Both the position numbers and the translations under genes were made by a program. From Bdellovibrionota bacterium FG-2 (GTDB taxonomy: Bacteria; Bdellovibrionota; UBA1018): a stretch of DNA of 21,885 bases. The stretch spans positions 1-21,885 of the forward strand of contig JBBCAV010000228.1 of NCBI GenBank assembly GCA_051382305.1, in the 5' to 3' direction. Below, piece after piece: positions 16,520-21,885 of this stretch. Under the pieces are notes generated by a model. It did no database searches and was not told where the DNA came from. It saw nothing but the letters and a program-made list of their open reading frames with translations. Positions within the stretch are counted from its first letter, which is position 1, and the number at the start of each line of letters is the position of its first letter.

Positions 16520-17212
16520 CTACTTCTTCTTAAACAACTCCTCGGCCAACTTCTGATGAATCGAAGGTCCCGCGTCTTTGGATCCGCCAGCCCCTGACGA
16601 CTGCATATCGAACAAACCAAATTTAGCGACATCCTTATCTACGGGCTTCTGCGCCAGACACTGAACAACATGGCGCTTGCCCACGAGACCTTCTTGATAA
16701 AACAAAATTCGCATTCCTTTGAGTTGATTTAGAAGCTCATTGGGCCGAAAGTAAAAATCCCGATAACTCTCTTCGGAACCAATGATCTCGGTCAACTCTT
16801 CAATCATCCAAGACTCGACCAAAAGCGTCCCGCCTTGTTTGAGAGCGCGGATCATCTCTGAATAGTAACGCACAGTGGGCGGCTTAAAAAAAGTCATGAC
16901 GATACTATCGTATTCCATCAGACCAAAGAGGAACAAATCCAGGTCCACGCGCTGCGCTTCAATCGAAACGCCGGTCTCGCGAGCTAAGGTCTGCGCATGC
17001 TCAACAGCAGTTTGCGATGCATCAAAGCCCTTCACGGTATAACCTTTTTGCGCGAGATAAACGGAGTTCAGCCCCTCCCCCATCCCGACGTCCAAAACTT
17101 TGCCCGTCCTCATTCGAGGGAGCATCTCAAGCAAGAAGCCCGAAGGCTCCTTACCTTTTTGAAAGGGGGATTTCAGATATTGCTCATTCCAGAAACTCTC
17201 TGCGTTAGCCAT
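16520..17212 (-). CDS. Class I SAM-dependent methyltransferase (TehB-like)
   Basis: FWNEQY, KVLDVGMGEGLN (motif I), GFDAS, YDSIV, LKQGGTLL and PNELL. Confidence 0.9.
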   Translation of the reverse strand: MANAESFWNEQYLKSPFQKGKEPSGFLLEMLPRMRTGKVLDVGMGEGLNSVYLAQKGYTVKGFDASQTAVEHAQTLARETGVSIEAQRVDLDLFLFGLMEYDSIVMTFFKPPTVRYYSEMIRALKQGGTLLVESWMIEELTEIIGSEESYRDFYFRPNELLNQLKGMRILFYQEGLVGKRHVVQCLAQKPVDKDVAKFGLFDMQSSGAGGSKDAGPSIHQKLAEELFKKK

Positions 17213-17253
17213 AAAGCATTGATCGCCTTTTCACAGGATGAAAGTCAAGTTTC

Positions 17254-19776
17254 TTAATTCGAAGCGATAATCCGAAGCTTGCCGTAGTTTTTTATTTTGC
17301 GGATCGGAAAACACTCTTCCAAAAACGCAGGAAAACTAAATTTCTCTGCCACGGAAAGATGAGTCTCCCAAGACCCTTCGGCGTTTCGCCCTCGCTTAAT
17401 ATCGAGCATAATTCGCTTTTTCTTCGAGGCGGGAATGAGCTCAAATAAATGCCCCCCCTCGGGAAGCTTGCGAAGCGTATGCTTGAGACCTCGGGATTTC
17501 AAATAGGTTTCAAGGTCAGGGGACTCTGACGATACAATCCTCAAATTGCAGGGTGATTCACCCTTGGGCGCTTCAAGTCCTATCAATCTCAAAACGTCCT
17601 CAAGCCGAGCATTCACGCGCCCCAACCACTCCACGTCTTTCATTCGCTCTTCGATAATCGCAAGCCCTGGCTCACCCCAATACAACGAAACGAGATCCCA
17701 CCCTTCCACCCAAACCGGACGATCTTCGTCGGCCCAAAAAGCACCCGCATAGCCTCGATAAAACTCGGTGAGTCGGCCTTCTTCTAACATCAACGCACGA
17801 GAGAGCGCCACCGCCAGAAAACTCCGAGCAAGCCCTCTGCCCTTCTCACCAACCTCCACTTCAAAAGTCAGGATTTTTTCGTTTTTCTGAAACTCCCGCA
17901 AACGTGTTTCAAACTGCTGCAGTGAATATTTTCGTTCCTGCTTTGCCAAAACGATATCCCGAACATGAACCCGCGTAGGGCAACCGCCGCAATGCGAACA
18001 CTTTGCTTTAACCCACTTCCGCCCCAGGCAATATTCTTCTTCTTCAAAGAGTCGCCCCATCTGAGATCGCTTCCATAAAAACTCTCGCGTCACTCCCGTT
18101 TCAAAACGCACCCAAGGCTTTTGTTCGCTCTGCTCAAAGCTAAAGCCCTTCAGAATCTGCGCAGGATCTAGCCCGTCTCGACAAAGACACGCTTCAAACT
18201 CACTTCGAAATCTTTCAGAAACCTCGCGATAATAGATAAATCCCGTCGTTTCCAGCGCACAATGAAGGGCACGCGAAATTCGGGGACTATCTGCCCGTAA
18301 GAGTACCTGCGAAACCCAATATTCGGCCAACTCAGAAGCTTCGCGAAACTCAAATCCTGCGCCCCGAACCTGCCGCGAAGTTTGATGAATGATAGAGGCG
18401 AGTCCGTGAAGACTGGGGGCATCGTCAAATTCAAGGGGTGTCCAAGGAAACCTCACAAGCGGTGTCATCGAAAAAATCACCCGCGTTTGCGCTCCCGATC
18501 TTGTCCGCATTTGTTGCATGCGCTTGAGAAGTTCCTGCAGAGCTGAAAAGTCCACCTCCTGCTCCAAGCCGGTTGCAATCAAGAAGACTTTCAGCTCCCG
18601 AGCCTTGTTCTTAAATATCGCCAAGAGGCTCGCCTCTAGGTCTGCATCACTGAGATTTTTGCTCAAATAACGGCGCAGCCGTGGGGAAATTCCCTCTAGC
18701 CCACACGTCAAACTCGTCTTTCCCAAAAGCTGCTGAATCTTGAGCGATTCTGGATCATGCGCCAGAAGATCAAAACGCTCACTTTTCAAACCAATCTGTC
18801 TAAAATGAGGCAAAAGTTCCCACAAAATCTCATACAACTCCGAATGAAGGTTAAAGTTGAAGCTATAAATATCGATGCTCTCCAACCCCATTTGGGCTTT
18901 GACCTGTAATGCAATTTCTTTAAGCCGCTTGACCGAGCGTTCGCGATAGGGCTTACGCTCCCAACTCTCGGCACAAAAGCTACAGAAGCAAGGACAGCCC
19001 TCACTGATCTGAAGATGAGCACGGCCCATGGCTTCTTCCAAAAAGGGCACAACGCCTCGTTCAAGGGCTTCTGCCGCGTCCAAGTCTGGCGCAAAACTTC
19101 TTCTGCCTTTTTTGTCGTTATTTTCGGGCTCAAAGAAGCCGTCAACCCCACGCACAAGGCGCGCTAACACCTGCTCCTTAACGAGGCCCTCGCGTTTGCC
19201 ATCCCGACAGATCATCAAGATTTTTCGAATTTCCGCATCGCTCTCACCGACGAAAATTCCATCCACCATCGGGTCCTCAAGCCATATCGAGGAACTGTAA
19301 AGGGCGTTCGCCCCACCCAAGATCACTAAAGGCAACGAAGGATCAGCGAGCCGTTTAGTTTTCGATAGCGGAATCCCACTTCGCTTTAGAAAATGAGGAA
19401 GATTCAGAAGCTCCTGCACAATGGAGTTTGAAAATCCAATGAGATCAAAAGCGCTGGGTCCCCTTTTGCTTTGAGTCCCCAAACACCAAGGCACTCCGTC
19501 CCGCTCAAAAAGTTCTAAATCCGCGCGCGGAGGAAGATACCCGAGATCCGGAAAAACCCCCTCCACGCCCTTTGCGATTTGATACAACAAAGAGTGGGTA
19601 AACGAATAGCCGGTGTCTGCATAGGTCGAAAGCCTTGAAAACAGGACTTTGAAATCACGTTTATCCCACTCAGAAAGTGGAAGGACGCCCACTTCCCCGC
19701 CCTGAAGCCAGGTGCCGCCGCTCACAAACTCATATCGATTGTTTTGATACCAAGTTGAAAAATCCAAGACCCTCAT
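17254..19776 (-). CDS. Large radical SAM protein (TIGR03960-like)
   Basis: CxxxCxxC in EGCPCFCSFC, N-terminal FDLIGFS...GIPL...PLVILGG...FVGE, TCGLEG..RLR, PWTPLE, and a second Cys cluster CLG...CSHCGGC. Confidence 0.88.
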   Translation of the reverse strand: MRVLDFSTWYQNNRYEFVSGGTWLQGGEVGVLPLSEWDKRDFKVLFSRLSTYADTGYSFTHSLLYQIAKGVEGVFPDLGYLPPRADLELFERDGVPWCLGTQSKRGPSAFDLIGFSNSIVQELLNLPHFLKRSGIPLSKTKRLADPSLPLVILGGANALYSSSIWLEDPMVDGIFVGESDAEIRKILMICRDGKREGLVKEQVLARLVRGVDGFFEPENNDKKGRRSFAPDLDAAEALERGVVPFLEEAMGRAHLQISEGCPCFCSFCAESWERKPYRERSVKRLKEIALQVKAQMGLESIDIYSFNFNLHSELYEILWELLPHFRQIGLKSERFDLLAHDPESLKIQQLLGKTSLTCGLEGISPRLRRYLSKNLSDADLEASLLAIFKNKARELKVFLIATGLEQEVDFSALQELLKRMQQMRTRSGAQTRVIFSMTPLVRFPWTPLEFDDAPSLHGLASIIHQTSRQVRGAGFEFREASELAEYWVSQVLLRADSPRISRALHCALETTGFIYYREVSERFRSEFEACLCRDGLDPAQILKGFSFEQSEQKPWVRFETGVTREFLWKRSQMGRLFEEEEYCLGRKWVKAKCSHCGGCPTRVHVRDIVLAKQERKYSLQQFETRLREFQKNEKILTFEVEVGEKGRGLARSFLAVALSRALMLEEGRLTEFYRGYAGAFWADEDRPVWVEGWDLVSLYWGEPGLAIIEERMKDVEWLGRVNARLEDVLRLIGLEAPKGESPCNLRIVSSESPDLETYLKSRGLKHTLRKLPEGGHLFELIPASKKKRIMLDIKRGRNAEGSWETHLSVAEKFSFPAFLEECFPIRKIKNYGKLRIIASN

Positions 19777-20261
19777 CCACAGAGTTTCTTGATACGCTCC
19801 AAAGAATCAACGGCCTCATCTTTTTGTCCAACCGAAACGCTCTCGAGGGCATCCAAAAGAAGCTCCATCGTTCTTCGGGCCCTACTCGCTTCTTTATCGC
19901 CAAACAATGAAGCGAAAAAAATGCTCAGTCTTGGCAAAAATGGGCCACAGTCGTAAGTTCCACCCACGCCACCTGATGAGCAGTAGTTAAATTCCAGTTG
20001 GTAAAAATCAAAGAGATATCGAGCCTTGTCACACTTCTTTGTCCGATCAATCAGCATCGTCTTTTTAAGCTCATAAATCGGAGTATCTAGCACCCCGTGC
20101 TCATTCAAGAGATCAAGAAACATCTGCCTTTTGTATTCAGTAATTGATTTTACAGTAGAAGGAACCGAGAAAGAATTGGCTCCAATATAAGCAAACCCAC
20201 CACCAACGAGCACCGCTGCTAACACTATAAAATTAAGCTTTACGACCAACCCTTTAGCCAT
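19773..20261 (-). CDS. Membrane-anchored hypothetical protein
   Basis: N-terminal TM helix, four Cys. Its stop overlaps the radical SAM start (ATGA). Confidence 0.7.
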   Translation of the reverse strand: MAKGLVVKLNFIVLAAVLVGGGFAYIGANSFSVPSTVKSITEYKRQMFLDLLNEHGVLDTPIYELKKTMLIDRTKKCDKARYLFDFYQLEFNYCSSGGVGGTYDCGPFLPRLSIFFASLFGDKEASRARRTMELLLDALESVSVGQKDEAVDSLERIKKLCG

Positions 20262-20402
20262 CCGCCGAGATCTCCCTCTCTATTGCCAAATCCCTGAACT
20301 CACTCCAGGATACACGCGCCACCAAATCACAGCAAGAAAGGAACGCCTGACTCGCTGCAGCCATATCCAGCGAGAATCTCAGCCCGACGATTCATCAAAC
20401 GA

Positions 20403-20426
20403 AACTTTTGGGTCGGCCCCCTCGTA
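20403..20426 (+). promoter_or_regulatory. Candidate ECF sigma promoter (AAC-N17-CGT)
   Basis: GAAACTTT-N12-CTCGTA, same as 13149-13172. Confidence 0.6.
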
Positions 20427-20467
20427 GTTGTTCATAGAGAGAGAATCAAAGAGGAGATCAAAGTAGT

Positions 20468-21334
20468 ATGAAAACCATATCAAAATCGTTTTTTTCGTCA
20501 TTATTACTAGTTGCACTCGCAGGCCTTAGCGGATGCAGTGGCCAAGACGGCCCCCAGGCAGCGGGAGAAGTGGGGGATCAGCGACATGACGCACCCCCTT
20601 CCGTGCCAACCCCAACCCCCGCAATCGACACGCAAACATCCACAACAACCGATACGCCAGCGGTGCCCACGCCCGATCCAGGTCCATCGCCAGTTCCCAC
20701 GGTCGCACCCACGCCCACGCCGACGCCCACGCCGACGATCACACCCAGCCCAAGCCCCACGCCATCACAGAGTCCAACGCTTGAATCAAGCTGCGTCTCC
20801 AGCGATTCAAACCATCAGTGCATTGGACTGAAAATGGTGTCGTACAAGGATTCAGCCGGCGCGACCGTACTCTCACTGGATAAGGCCAAGAAGGTCGTTC
20901 AAGAAATAAACGCCCTTTGGCAGGTTTGTGATATCGCCTTTCAAATTGATGAATACGTAAGCGTTGACCCCACGACGTCCGGCCTTCTCTACGGAACCGG
21001 TGCATCCTCTGAGACGACCAAGATCCGTCAAACCTATTCAAATAGTACGACGTTCCTCGTTGTTGCCACTGGCCCGTGGAACCTGAGTTACATCGCTTGG
21101 ACTCAAATGCCGGGTGGAGCCCCCTACGGCGTTGTGGTCGATGCCGACTTCTCCGACCAACCCGTAACCGTCGGCCATGAAATTGGGCACTACATGGGAC
21201 TTGATCACTCCAGCACGCTGGGCAACATCATGTACCCCGTCGTGTACTCAACCGACACCGCCATCACGACAAGCCAATGCTCGACTTCGCGATCCACGAA
21301 TTTGAACTACTGGCAGGCAATGATGCGGCAGTAG
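20468..21334 (+). CDS. Lipoprotein with Pro/Thr stalk and metzincin (matrixin-like) zinc metalloprotease domain
   Basis: Lipobox LSGC, PT-rich linker, HEIGHYMGLDH (HExxHxxGxxH) and Met-turn NIMYP. GAGGAG RBS. Confidence 0.9.
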   Translation: MKTISKSFFSSLLLVALAGLSGCSGQDGPQAAGEVGDQRHDAPPSVPTPTPAIDTQTSTTTDTPAVPTPDPGPSPVPTVAPTPTPTPTPTITPSPSPTPSQSPTLESSCVSSDSNHQCIGLKMVSYKDSAGATVLSLDKAKKVVQEINALWQVCDIAFQIDEYVSVDPTTSGLLYGTGASSETTKIRQTYSNSTTFLVVATGPWNLSYIAWTQMPGGAPYGVVVDADFSDQPVTVGHEIGHYMGLDHSSTLGNIMYPVVYSTDTAITTSQCSTSRSTNLNYWQAMMRQ

Positions 21335-21384
21335 AAAGGAGGCTCTCGTACTTAGGAATTCGCTCCCACTTCTCCCCAAGAATT

Positions 21385-21420
21385 ACCGGAGCTGGCGCAA
21401 GTCAGCTCCGGTTTCATTTT
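21385..21420 (+). terminator. Intrinsic terminator
   Basis: Stem ACCGGAGCTGGC/GTCAGCTCCGGT, GCAA tetraloop, followed by TTCATTTT. Confidence 0.85.
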
Positions 21421-21425
21421 CCACT

Positions 21426-21752
21426 CTACTTGAAGAGTGGCGTTTTATTATACGGATCCAAATGACCAGAACGGACTGGGATTGTTCTGATTACTTTCTC
21501 GATCGCACCCTTACATGAGAAGGCGCGCTCAGAGAATTTCTTTGTTACATTTGGGTCCAGTGGGGAAAAAATCTCGCCACTGGCAGTGCAGCTAAAAAGC
21601 TTTGAATCAAGATGGATACCGAGATCGAGATATCGTACTTCAGGGGTCGCTCCTGCAATCAAGTGCTTCTTTGCCAGTTCTTTTGCAGTGAAAGAATCGA
21701 GCTTTTTTAGGCGTTTTGCGGTAGCCTCGGTTGCAGATATTTTTAAGCTCAC
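21426..21752 (-). CDS. Hypothetical protein, probably 5'-truncated
   Basis: 108-aa ORF with a GTG start and no clear RBS. The frame stays open upstream into the IS fragment. Confidence 0.45.
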   Translation of the reverse strand: MSLKISATEATAKRLKKLDSFTAKELAKKHLIAGATPEVRYLDLGIHLDSKLFSCTASGEIFSPLDPNVTKKFSERAFSCKGAIEKVIRTIPVRSGHLDPYNKTPLFK

Positions 21753-21778
21753 GCCATTTTGTAATGATCTTGAAAGTG

Positions 21779-21885
21779 AGTAAGAGTCTACGCAACTTGG
21801 CCAGCGAACTTCAGGCTATGGGGCATTCAACCAGTCACAGGATGGTTCGTGAGCTTTTAGTGGAGGCAGAATATCACTTACAGGC
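21779..21885 (+). mobile_element. ISAzo13-family transposase internal fragment (runs off the window)
   Basis: Translation SKSLRNLASELQAMGHSTSHRMVRELLVEAEYHLQ matches the recalled ISAzo13 segment WTxKSLRxLAxEL..MGH.VSH..V..LL...GYSLQAN. The N-terminal part of the transposase is absent. Confidence 0.75.

Overview
Bacterial chromosomal window, about 48-50% GC by eye. The gene content (type IIB topoisomerase VI, many exported Pro/Thr- and Gly-rich proteins, PilZ) suggests a Bdellovibrionota/deltaproteobacteria-like organism, which is inference only. In order, it contains: a PadR + HAAS-like membrane protein pair, a vapBC toxin-antitoxin pair, an intact top6B-top6A operon, an AI-2E transporter, an exported protein, a soluble Aer-type PAS protein with a PilZ neighbour, an HExxH exported protein, a frameshifted metallophosphoesterase, a nitroreductase, a frameshifted Gly-rich exported protein behind a sigma-54 promoter, a Cys-rich protein, a BPL_N lipoprotein, a histidine kinase remnant fused to an IS21 remnant (istB + right end), a broken beta-barrel gene, a membrane protein/radical SAM/methyltransferase cluster, a metzincin lipoprotein and an ISAzo13 transposase fragment. 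Highlights not visible in the ORF track: (1) an unannotated ~150-nt rod-shaped minus-strand RNA with its own terminator (14263-14409); (2) a shared ECF-type promoter (AACTTT-N12-CTCGTA) in front of two Pro/Thr-stalk lipoprotein enzymes 7 kb apart; (3) lesions concentrated in accessory genes while the long genes are intact, which may reflect genome erosion or homopolymer sequencing error.
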